Part shown: positions 18,327 to 25,946 of the stretch, one piece after another
Numbering within the stretch: position 1 is the first letter of the stretch
Layout of the letters: every line of letters begins with the position of its first letter
Assembly (NCBI GenBank): GCA_041082215.1
Contig: JBDOIF010000093.1
Span: forward strand, 5,504 to 69,503
From: Anaerolineae bacterium
Lineage (GTDB): Bacteria > Chloroflexota > Anaerolineae > B4-G1 > DUEL01
DNA length: 64,000 nt
Reading direction: 5' to 3'
Notes under the pieces: model-generated
The model's input: only the letters and a program-made list of their open reading frames with translations
The model's database searches: none
Told to the model about the DNA's origin: nothing
Made by a program: the position numbers and the translations under genes

Positions 18327-19763
18327 TTAACTTCCCTGGAATGGCCCTTCGATCTGCCCGTCCTGCAACCTCCAAACTCGACCAGTGTACCGTTCTACCA
18401 GCCCCTGATCGTGGGTGATCAGGAGCACGGTCTGCCCGGCCCGGTTCAGCTCCGCTACAAAGTCCATCAACCGGGCCAGGTGCTCCGGGTCCTGCCCGGT
18501 CGTCGGCTCATCCAGGATCAGAAGCGCAGGGTGGAGGCTCAGAGTGGCCGCCAGGGCCAACCGCTGCTGCTGTCCGACACTGAGGGCATGGGTCGGCCGA
18601 TGGCGTAGCTCCAGAAGGTCGGCCTCCGCCAGTAACCTCTCCGTCTCCGCCTCCCCCTTCATCCCCAAATTGCGCGGGCCAAAGCGGACCTCCTCTTCCA
18701 CCGTATCGCACACCAGTTGGTGGAGCGGGGACTGCTGGAGGAAGCCCACCCGCGGCTGCCTGGCGACATGCCAGACCACCCGGCCCCGTCGGGGGCGAAG
18801 GAGGCCGGCCAGGACGCGGGCCAGGGTGGTCTTGCCCGCCCCGTTCGGCCCGACCAGGGCGGCGAACTCCCCCTGATGCAGCGTGAAGGAGCAATCCCGA
18901 AGGACCACCCCCTGACCGTCGTAGCCCACCGTGACCCCTCGAAGGGCCACCAGGGGCAGGCCAGGCGAAGGAGAAGGGGCAGAAAGTCGGGAAGGCAAGG
19001 GGGGCCGAACCCATGCCAGCACCCTGGCAGGAGGGCCGTCCGCCACCACCTGCCCGTCCGCCAGCCAGACCAGCCGGTCGGCATGGGCGAGGAAGGGGGC
19101 CAGCCGATGTTCGAGGACGACGACCGTGATACCCAGCCGGCGATGGAGCTCAACCAGGGTCCAGACGATCCGGCTCACCCCCTCTGCATCCAGATTCGCC
19201 GTAGGCTCGTCCAGGATCAGGATGGAGGGGCGCATGGCCAGGACAGCGGCGATGACCACCCGCTGCTGCTCCCCCCCTGAGAGGTACCGCACCGGCCGAT
19301 GGCGCAGGTCGGCGCACCCGACGGCGTCCAGGCTGTACTCGATGCGCGCGGCGACCTCCTCCGGGGGGAGGCCCAGGTTCCGCGGGCCAAAGCCCACCTC
19401 CTCCTCCACGGTCCCGCAGAAAAGCTGGGCTGCCGGGTTCTGAAGGACCAGCCCCACACGGGTAGCCATCTGCGCCACGGGATGCTGACGGGGGTCAAGC
19501 CCCCCCACCGAGATATGCCCCCTGACCTCGGCCGGCACCATCTGGGGGATCAACCCGACCAGCGCCTGGGCCAGTGTGCTCTTGCCCCCGCCGGAGGGAC
19601 CGCCGATGAGGAGGAAAGAGCCGGCAGGGACGGAAAGGCTCACTCCTCGCAGGGCATGGGCCTGGGGGTAACGGACGTGCAGGTCGCTGACCCGGATGGC
19701 AGGCTCCGTGGCAAACGTTGAGAGAGCCATCACGTCCACATACTCCGATACGCTTCCAACCAC
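18327..19763 (-). CDS. ecfA: ECF transporter ATPase, fused EcfA-EcfA' (two ABC NBDs)
   Basis: Two Walker A motifs (GGPSGGGKST, GPNGAGKTT), two LSGG-type signatures (LSGGEQQ, LSVGQQQ) and two Walker B motifs (ILDEPT). Confidence 0.88.
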   Translation of the reverse strand: MVGSVSEYVDVMALSTFATEPAIRVSDLHVRYPQAHALRGVSLSVPAGSFLLIGGPSGGGKSTLAQALVGLIPQMVPAEVRGHISVGGLDPRQHPVAQMATRVGLVLQNPAAQLFCGTVEEEVGFGPRNLGLPPEEVAARIEYSLDAVGCADLRHRPVRYLSGGEQQRVVIAAVLAMRPSILILDEPTANLDAEGVSRIVWTLVELHRRLGITVVVLEHRLAPFLAHADRLVWLADGQVVADGPPARVLAWVRPPLPSRLSAPSPSPGLPLVALRGVTVGYDGQGVVLRDCSFTLHQGEFAALVGPNGAGKTTLARVLAGLLRPRRGRVVWHVARQPRVGFLQQSPLHQLVCDTVEEEVRFGPRNLGMKGEAETERLLAEADLLELRHRPTHALSVGQQQRLALAATLSLHPALLILDEPTTGQDPEHLARLMDFVAELNRAGQTVLLITHDQGLVERYTGRVWRLQDGQIEGPFQGS

Positions 19764-20257
19764 TCCAGAGCCGCTTCGATCTGGCGGCGGCGGAAGTCGA
19801 AGACAAGCCGATTGAAGTCGTGCGGATCCCGGCGGGCAATCTGTTGCTCCATTCGCTCCAGTCGCTCCCGACAGGCAGCGGCCTGAGCTGCTACCAGCTC
19901 CTCAACCCCCTCAAGCCCCAATGCCCGGAAGAAGTAAAGCTTGGCAGGGAACTCCACCCGCATCTCCCGCATGGATGGGACGGGCTGGCGCAGCCACTCC
20001 AGAAAGCTGTGCTCTCCGGCCGGCGTGATGTGATAGACCTTGCGGGGCGGGCGACCCTCCTGAGGGAGGGGGGTGGAATAGACCAGGCCGGACCGCTCCA
20101 GTTCTTTGAGCGCCCCGTAGACATGGCTCAGCCCCATATACCAGACCTCTCCCAGCTCCCCCCGGACACGCCGGTAGAGGTCGTAGCCGTGCATCTCCCC
20201 CTGCTTGAGAAATCCCAGCAACACCTGTTCGAGTGGCAACCGCCTCCTGCCTCCCAT
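19730..20257 (-). CDS. PadR family transcriptional regulator
   Basis: LGFLKQGEMHGYDLYRRV...SHVYGALKELERSGLV winged-HTH of the PadR family. It overlaps the ecfA start, so the two are in one operon. Confidence 0.85.
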   Translation of the reverse strand: MGGRRRLPLEQVLLGFLKQGEMHGYDLYRRVRGELGEVWYMGLSHVYGALKELERSGLVYSTPLPQEGRPPRKVYHITPAGEHSFLEWLRQPVPSMREMRVEFPAKLYFFRALGLEGVEELVAAQAAACRERLERMEQQIARRDPHDFNRLVFDFRRRQIEAALEWLEAYRSMWT

Positions 20258-20295
20258 TCCCTCACCCCAGCCGTCGCAGGTTATCCGGCGAACGG

Positions 20296-20314
20296 ATATT
20301 CACAAAGTGAATAT
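20296..20314. promoter_or_regulatory. perfect inverted repeat ATATTCAC-AAA-GTGAATAT (candidate PadR operator)
   Basis: 8-bp arms with a 3-nt spacer, 40 bp upstream of the padR start, overlapping an AT-rich -10-like region. Confidence 0.5.
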
Positions 20315-20562
20315 ATTATACGTTCTCCCCCCCAAAAGTCAAATAACCAGGAGAAAGAAGGAGCGAAGCAAATTTCAACCACTGAGACCCAGAGGACACG
20401 GAGTTCTTTAGAAGGTCCTGAGGTCTCCTGATGTTTCTCTGTGCCCTCTGTGTCTTTGCGGTTTTTCTCCTGAGCGGTAAAGCTCTGGGGTCGAAGGGAC
20501 ACCAGCCATCATCCGCTTTGAACACCCGGACAGGATGTGCCTGCGACGGGAAACGCAGGTGC

Positions 20563-20596
20563 GGCGCATTGAAACCGCGCCGCACCTTGTTTAAAA
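20563..20596 (+). terminator. hairpin GGTGCGGCGC-attgaaacc-GCGCCGCACC followed by TTGTTTAAAAT
   Basis: 10-bp perfect stem followed by a T-rich tract on the plus strand, abutting the tRNA 3' end. Confidence 0.4.
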
Positions 20597-20683
20597 TGGT
20601 GCCGAAGGTGGGAGTCGAACCCACACGGCCGTACGGCCACTGCGCCCTGAACGCAGCGCGTCTGCCAATTCCGCCACTTCGGC
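20597..20683 (-). tRNA. tRNA-Leu (anticodon CAG), type II with long variable arm
   Basis: Reverse complement reads GCCGAAGTGGCGGAATTGGCAGACGCGCTGCGTTCAGGGCGCAG...GGTTCGACTCCCACCTTCGGCACCA. The anticodon loop is CTGCG-TTCAGGG-CGCAG and the CCA end is encoded. Confidence 0.9.
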
Positions 20684-20733
20684 CCGCGCTCCCGTTGGGG
20701 GCAAAGACTATTCTACCCGAAACTGGCAGTTTG

Positions 20734-22407
20734 TCAAGGCCCCCTCAGCTCCGTCTGGCTGACGATCACCCGCCGGGTGGTCACATACCACCTGTCAACC
20801 GCATAGAACCGGTCCGAAGGGGCCATCAGGGGGCCGATCTGGACGCCCTGAACCTTCCGGTCCACGCCGTAGGTATAGATCGGATGGTAGAGCAGGATGG
20901 CAGGCACCTCTTCGGCGAACAGTTCCTGGAACTGACGGTACAGCGCTGCCCGCTGCGCTGGATCCACCGTGATCCGGGCCGTCTCGATGATCTCGCTGAT
21001 CCGCCGGTGATCCAGCCCTGCATAATTCTGCCCCACCGTGATCTGAGTCTGATGCCACAAAGGATAGGGGTCCGGGTCGCCTGGCAGGGCCAGTTCGACC
21101 AGCGCCGCCTCATAATCCCGCCGCTCCAGCGCCTCACGCAGCCCCAGCGGCGAGGTGGTCACCACTGTGACCTGGAGGTTCAGCTCACTCCACTGCCGTG
21201 CCACCTCCTCCGCCAGCGCCGTCTGGAGGGGGTCGGTGGAGACAAGAAGGGAGAAGGCCAGCGGCTGTCCCCCCTCGTTGCGGGCAAACGCCCCTGGAGG
21301 CAGCGTCCACCCGGCCCCATCCAGCAGGGCCCGCGCCTGGTCGGGGTCGTACTCATACCGGCGGATCGCCTCATCATAGGCCCAGGTGCCAGCGACGACA
21401 GGGCTGTGGGCCACAATCCCCTGACCCTGCAGCAACCCCTCCACAATCCCCTGCCGGTCCAACCCGTAGAGGAGCGCCTGTCGGACCTCTCTCTCCTGAA
21501 AGAAAGGCAACTCATCCTTTCGGGCCAGGTTGAGGAAGATCAGCACATAGCGGGCCATCTGGGCCGAATAGAGGTTCAACTCCTCCCCCTGCACCTGAGG
21601 CAACAGTTCCAGCGTCACCCGGCCGATCCCCTCCACTTCCCCGGCCTGGTAGGCACGGAAAACGCTCTGGTAGGACGGGTAGAACCGGAAGCGGAAGCGC
21701 TCCAGAAGAGGCCCCGGACGGTAATAGTAGGCATTCCGTCTCAGCAGGATAGAGGTGATTTCCCCTTCCGAAGTCTCCACCTCTTCCACCTGGAAAGGGC
21801 CTGTCCCCACCGGGCTGAGGTTGAACTCCAGCCCTGGCAGGTCGGCTGCACGGACGCCCTCCAGGATGTGGGCAGGAAGGATGCCGACGGTGGTATAGTC
21901 CAGGAACGGGGCAAAAGGCTCGGAGAGGACGAATCGGATGGTGGCCTCGTCTTCCTTCTTCACCTGCACAGTGCGCCAGAGAGCGCCGACGTCGGGCGGG
22001 CCGGGATAATCGGGGTCCTGTAAGAGGTGGATGGTGAAGAGCACATCGTCGGCCGTGAAGGGGGTCCCATCCTGCCACCGCACACCGGTGCGAAGATGGA
22101 AAATATAGGTGAGGCCATCCAGAGAGACCTCCCAGCTTCGGGCCAGGTCCGGCTCCACCTCTCCCCGGCTGTTGAGGCGGGTCAGCCCGCTGAAGACCAG
22201 GGCACAGAGGTCCTGATCCACTTCATTGTAGGCAGAGAGGAGGGGGTTAATGGCATGGGGGGCTCCCGCCACACCCTCGACGTAGGTGCCTCCCACGGTA
22301 GGGACGGTAGTGGTGGTATAGATGAAGGCCAGATAGGTAAGGAGGATCGCCACCAGCGCCATACCGGCGCCGATGAGCAGAACCTGCCAGCGGACGGTGC
22401 GGGCCAT
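20734..22407 (-). CDS. ABC transporter substrate-binding protein, family 5 (oligopeptide/nickel type)
   Basis: An N-terminal TM/signal anchor is followed by an SBP_bac_5-like fold over 557 aa. Confidence 0.8.
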   Translation of the reverse strand: MARTVRWQVLLIGAGMALVAILLTYLAFIYTTTTVPTVGGTYVEGVAGAPHAINPLLSAYNEVDQDLCALVFSGLTRLNSRGEVEPDLARSWEVSLDGLTYIFHLRTGVRWQDGTPFTADDVLFTIHLLQDPDYPGPPDVGALWRTVQVKKEDEATIRFVLSEPFAPFLDYTTVGILPAHILEGVRAADLPGLEFNLSPVGTGPFQVEEVETSEGEITSILLRRNAYYYRPGPLLERFRFRFYPSYQSVFRAYQAGEVEGIGRVTLELLPQVQGEELNLYSAQMARYVLIFLNLARKDELPFFQEREVRQALLYGLDRQGIVEGLLQGQGIVAHSPVVAGTWAYDEAIRRYEYDPDQARALLDGAGWTLPPGAFARNEGGQPLAFSLLVSTDPLQTALAEEVARQWSELNLQVTVVTTSPLGLREALERRDYEAALVELALPGDPDPYPLWHQTQITVGQNYAGLDHRRISEIIETARITVDPAQRAALYRQFQELFAEEVPAILLYHPIYTYGVDRKVQGVQIGPLMAPSDRFYAVDRWYVTTRRVIVSQTELRGP

Positions 22408-22427
22408 AGTTGGTGAGGGGCGGCGGG

Positions 22428-22661
22428 CTAGCCGGGTATCTCCGTCACCAGCGCATTGATGATGGCGATGATGAAGAAGAGGACGGAGAGGACAATGGTG
22501 ACGATAAAGAGCGTGCGCTCAACGCCACGCCGGGTGCGGTAGATCGAGGTCGCTGCCCCGCCGAAGACCGACCCCACGCCGCTGGACCGGGTCTGCAGCA
22601 GGATAATAACGATGAGAGCCGCACCCAGGATGATCTGCACGATGTTCAGATAGGTACCCAT
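22428..22661 (-). CDS. secG: preprotein translocase subunit SecG
   Basis: 77 aa with two TM helices; MGTYLNIVQIILGAALIVIILLQ is a typical SecG sequence. Confidence 0.85.
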   Translation of the reverse strand: MGTYLNIVQIILGAALIVIILLQTRSSGVGSVFGGAATSIYRTRRGVERTLFIVTIVLSVLFFIIAIINALVTEIPG

Positions 22662-22759
22662 ACGTCAATGTTCCTCCTGCCAGGTTGGAGGTGTTCCCTC
22701 CCGAAACCAGCGGCATTATAACACGCACCGCCACCGGTAGCAAGTGGACACCCCCTGTG

Positions 22760-22929
22760 GGTGCATTTCAGTTTGGTGGCGAGTTATACCTTGATTTTGC
22801 CCACCTGATGGTGGGTTGATCCCTCACCCCTCCCCCTACCCCCTCCCACCAGGGGGTGGGGTGAGGGCCAGGCAGAGCAATTAGCCTCCAGCGCAGGCAG
22901 TTACCACATCCTCCAAAAAACTGAAATGC
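22760..22929. mobile_element. MITE-like element copy C (about 170 bp) sharing GCATTTCAGTTT terminal inverted repeats with copies A and B, flanked by a CCCCCTGT duplication
   Basis: The 5' end is GGTGCATTTCAGTTTGGTGGCGAG and the 3' end is ...AAAAAACTGAAATGC. Flanks ccccctgtg / ccccctgtt are duplicated. The interior carries the CCCTCACCCCTCCCCCTACCCCCTCCC hairpin repeat. Confidence 0.5.
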
Positions 22930-22991
22930 CCCCCTGTTTTGCGCCCGTCTGAAAACCGGTATAATAAGGCATCCTCAGCGGAGGTGCGGCG

Positions 22992-24332
22992 ATGGAGTTC
23001 GACTGGCAGGAAGTCACGGAAGAAGCGGTCCGATACCTGCAGGCGTTACTGCGTATCAACACGACGAACCCTCCCGGCAACGAAAAGGCAGCCGCCGATT
23101 ATCTGGCGGAGATCCTTTCTACCGAGGGGTACGAGCCGATCGTGCTGGAATCGGCGCCGGGCCGGGGGAACGTCGTCGCCCGATACCGGGGCAGCGGGGA
23201 ATCCCCACCCCTGCTGCTCCTTTCCCACCTGGACGTGGTGCCGGTGGAGCCCGCATACTGGGAGCACGATCCCTTCGGCGGTGAGATCGTGGACGGGATG
23301 ATATGGGGCCGCGGGGCGCTGGATATGAAGTCCATCGTCGTGATGCAGTTGATGACGATGCTGCTCCTGGCCCGTGGGAAGGTCCCCCTGGCCCGGGATG
23401 TCATCTTCGCCGCGACCGCCGACGAGGAGATGGGAGGGAAGTACGGGGCCGGGTTCCTGGTCAACCACCACCTCGACCTGATCCGGGCCGAGCACGCCCT
23501 GAGCGAGTTCGGCGGCTTCCCCATCGAGCTGGGAAGACGACGGATCTACCTCTGCCAGGTGGCGGAGAAGGGGATCTGCTGGGTGCGGATGCGGGCGCAG
23601 GGGAAGCCAGGCCACGGCTCGACCCCCCATCGGGATAACGCTGTGGTGAAACTGGCCGAGGGTGTGGCCAGGCTGGGACGGGCCGACCTCCCCTTCCACC
23701 GCACGGAAGCCGTGGCGGAGATGTTCCAGGGGATGGCCCGCGGCCTGGGCGGGGTACGGGGAACCGCCCTCCGGTTGCTGCTCAACCCCTTCCTCAGCTC
23801 CATCGTCCTCGACCTCCTGATCCGCGACCCCCGGCTCAGCGGCTACTTCCGCGCCCTGCTTCACAACACCGTCTCCCCCACCGTCCTGCGGGCAGGCGGC
23901 AAGACCAACGTCATTCCCTCCCAGGCGGAGGCGGAGCTGGACGGACGGCTCCTGCCCGGACAGGACCTGGAGCAGTTCCTGGCCGAGGTGCGGGCAGTGG
24001 TGGGGCCTGGCTTCGAGTTCGAGCCGATCGAAGTAGCGCCGCCGGTGGAAACCACCAGCCGGACCCCCCTCTTCGAGGCGATGGCAAAGGGGCTGCGGCG
24101 ACATGACCCCGGGGCAGCCGTCGTGCCGATGATGATGGTCGGTGGAACCGACGCCAAGCACCTGGCCCGCGCCGGTATCCCTTGCTACGGCTTCTCCCCG
24201 ATGCGCCTGCCACCGGATATGGACTTCCTGCGCATGGCCCACGGACATAACGAGCGCATCCCCGTAGATGCCCTGGCCTTCGGTGTCCAGGTCCTGTACG
24301 AGGTTGTGACGGATTTCTGTTTCAGGAGGTGA
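22992..24332 (+). CDS. M20 family metallopeptidase (ArgE/DapE/ACY1/CPG2 family)
   Basis: HLDVVPV, GRGALDMKS, E-E general-base region and a dimerisation domain. A -10 TATAAT lies at 22970. Confidence 0.85.
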   Translation: MEFDWQEVTEEAVRYLQALLRINTTNPPGNEKAAADYLAEILSTEGYEPIVLESAPGRGNVVARYRGSGESPPLLLLSHLDVVPVEPAYWEHDPFGGEIVDGMIWGRGALDMKSIVVMQLMTMLLLARGKVPLARDVIFAATADEEMGGKYGAGFLVNHHLDLIRAEHALSEFGGFPIELGRRRIYLCQVAEKGICWVRMRAQGKPGHGSTPHRDNAVVKLAEGVARLGRADLPFHRTEAVAEMFQGMARGLGGVRGTALRLLLNPFLSSIVLDLLIRDPRLSGYFRALLHNTVSPTVLRAGGKTNVIPSQAEAELDGRLLPGQDLEQFLAEVRAVVGPGFEFEPIEVAPPVETTSRTPLFEAMAKGLRRHDPGAAVVPMMMVGGTDAKHLARAGIPCYGFSPMRLPPDMDFLRMAHGHNERIPVDALAFGVQVLYEVVTDFCFRR

Positions 24333-24340
24333 ACTGCCGC

Positions 24341-24363
24341 GCAAGATCAATCTTGCGCTACAC
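24341..24363. promoter_or_regulatory. palindromic motif GCAAGAT-CA-ATCTTGC followed by GCGCTACAC
   Basis: Second copy of the motif seen at 14394. It lies between the M20 peptidase stop and the riboswitch promoter. Confidence 0.4.
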
Positions 24364-24365
24364 GT

Positions 24366-24460
24366 GGGGTTCGGACAGGAGTTCGGACAGGGTGGGAGAG
24401 CGACCCTCACCCCTCCCCCTACCCCCTCCCGCCTGTGTCCGAACTAACGTCCGAACTTCA
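24366..24460. repeat. GC-rich repeat block: GTTCGGACAGGAGTTCGGACAG ... CCCTCACCCCTCCCCCTACCCCCTCCC ... TGTCCGAACTAACGTCCGAAC (inverted GTTCGGAC pairs flanking the dispersed 27-mer)
   Basis: The 27-mer is identical to 22819-22845. The inverted repeat arms can be read directly from the sequence. Confidence 0.55.
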
Positions 24461-24470
24461 GCTACGCAAT

Positions 24471-24499
24471 TTGACTTCTCCGTCACTGTGTGTTATACT
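24471..24499 (+). promoter_or_regulatory. sigma70-type promoter TTGACT-17-TATACT with TGn extension
   Basis: ttgacttctccgtcactgtgtgttatact. It sits immediately upstream of the cobalamin riboswitch. Confidence 0.7.
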
Positions 24500-24504
24500 C
24501 TCCC

Positions 24505-24700
24505 CGACAACTGAATACGGCCTCGACAGAGGTGCCCCAAAGCCCGGATGTGAGGGGCACAAAGGGGGAAGACCGGTTCAAGTCCGGCGCTGTCCCGCAA
24601 CTGTAGGGACACGATTTGTCCGTGTCCAAGCCAGGATACCCGCCTCTGTCGGCGCCCACGCAACCTTCGCGGAAAGGGGGTGGCGCATGAAGGGCAAACA
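24505..24700 (+). promoter_or_regulatory. cobalamin (B12) riboswitch aptamer
   Basis: GGTGCCCC...AAGGGGGAAGACCGGTTCAAGTCCGGCGCTGTCCCGCAACTGTAGGGAC matches the conserved B12-element core (AAGGGAA-GGTGnAAnTCC...GCTGcCCCCGCAACTGTAA). Confidence 0.85.
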
Positions 24701-24710
24701 GACCTGCCAG

Positions 24711-24746
24711 GCCCTTCCCCGAGTAACGTGAGGGGAAGGGCTTTTT
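24711..24746 (+). terminator. intrinsic terminator (riboswitch expression platform)
   Basis: GCCCTTCCCC-gagtaacgtga-GGGGAAGGGC followed by TTTTT. Confidence 0.8.
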
Positions 24747-24857
24747 CAATAACCACCACAGAGACGCAGAGGACACGGAGGGAACCCGGTTACAGGAAAC
24801 TCCGTGAGCCTCATCTCCTTCGCATCTCAACGGTGAAGCATCTATGAGGAGGAAACT

Positions 24858-25946
24858 ATGTCCCGCGTATTCGTGGCGAGTGGACTCGCCCTGATCTTGC
24901 TTGCAGGTTCTGTCTTCCCGGCCTTTGCCAGCGACCCGGTGGGAACAGCGCTGGCTTATCTGGCCGCCCAGCAGCAGCCCGACGGTGGCTTCACCAACGG
25001 CTTCAGCGCCGGTTCCGACCTGGGCACTACCTGCGATGTGATCCTGGCCATAGCTGCCGCCGGGCAGGATGTCAGCACCTACCGCTCCTCCAACGACCGC
25101 TCGCCGCTGGACTACCTGGCCGCCCAGATAGCAGCCGGAGCAACGGAAAAAGTGGGCATCAAGGCTAAAGTGGTGCTGGCCCTGCTCGCCGCCGGGCAGG
25201 ACCCCGCCAGCTTCGCCGGCCACGATCTGCTGGCCGAACTGGAGGCCGCTTACGACGCGGAGAGCGGCAGCTACGGCTCCAATATCTTTGACCAGGCGCT
25301 GGTGATGCTGGCCCTCTTCAACGCCGGCCGACCAGTGCCGGAGGGAGCGGCCCAGTACCTGCTGGATAACCAGTGCACCGACGGAGCCTGGGCCCTCTTC
25401 GGCGGCACAACCCCCGGCACGGGCGACACCAACACCACCGCCCTGGCCATCCAGGCCCTCCTGGTCACCGGCCACCGGGACGACATCGGCACGGCCTTCG
25501 CCTACCTGCAGCGAGTCCAGAACACCGACGGCGGCTTTCCCTACCAGAACCCCTCTCCCTACGGCACCGACACCGACGCTAACTCCACCGCCTACGTCCT
25601 CCAGGCGCTGCTGGCAGCCGGCGAACCGCTGGGGAACTGGACCCCGGCCGGCACCGATCCGGCGGGGACGCTGGTCAATCTGTACGACCCCACCAGCGGG
25701 GCCTTCTTCTGGCAGACGGCCTATCCCTTCCCCAACGTCTCGGCCACTGCCCAGGCGATCCCCGCACTGCAGGGGTACACCTTCGTGAACCTGCCCCGGG
25801 TGGGCGCGACCATCGCCCCCCAGGCAGTGTCCACCATCCCCCTGCTGCCGGAGACCGGCGGGGCGGCTGGCTTGCCGGTAGCCCTCGGGGTCGCTGGTGC
25901 AGCGATGATCGGGGTGGGCCTTGCCCTGCGCCGCCGTGGCCGGTAG
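24858..25946 (+). CDS. secreted prenyltransferase/squalene-cyclase-like (alpha/alpha toroid) repeat protein with C-terminal LPXTG sorting signal; candidate cobalamin-binding alpha-domain protein
   Basis: Signal peptide; repeated QxxDGGF/W-type motifs (QQQPDGGF, NQCTDGAWALF, VQNTDGGFPYQ, DPTSGAFFWQ); C-terminal LPETGG followed by a hydrophobic stretch and RRRGR. It is the first gene after the B12 riboswitch, with AGGAGGA 7 nt upstream. Confidence 0.8.
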   Translation: MSRVFVASGLALILLAGSVFPAFASDPVGTALAYLAAQQQPDGGFTNGFSAGSDLGTTCDVILAIAAAGQDVSTYRSSNDRSPLDYLAAQIAAGATEKVGIKAKVVLALLAAGQDPASFAGHDLLAELEAAYDAESGSYGSNIFDQALVMLALFNAGRPVPEGAAQYLLDNQCTDGAWALFGGTTPGTGDTNTTALAIQALLVTGHRDDIGTAFAYLQRVQNTDGGFPYQNPSPYGTDTDANSTAYVLQALLAAGEPLGNWTPAGTDPAGTLVNLYDPTSGAFFWQTAYPFPNVSATAQAIPALQGYTFVNLPRVGATIAPQAVSTIPLLPETGGAAGLPVALGVAGAAMIGVGLALRRRGR

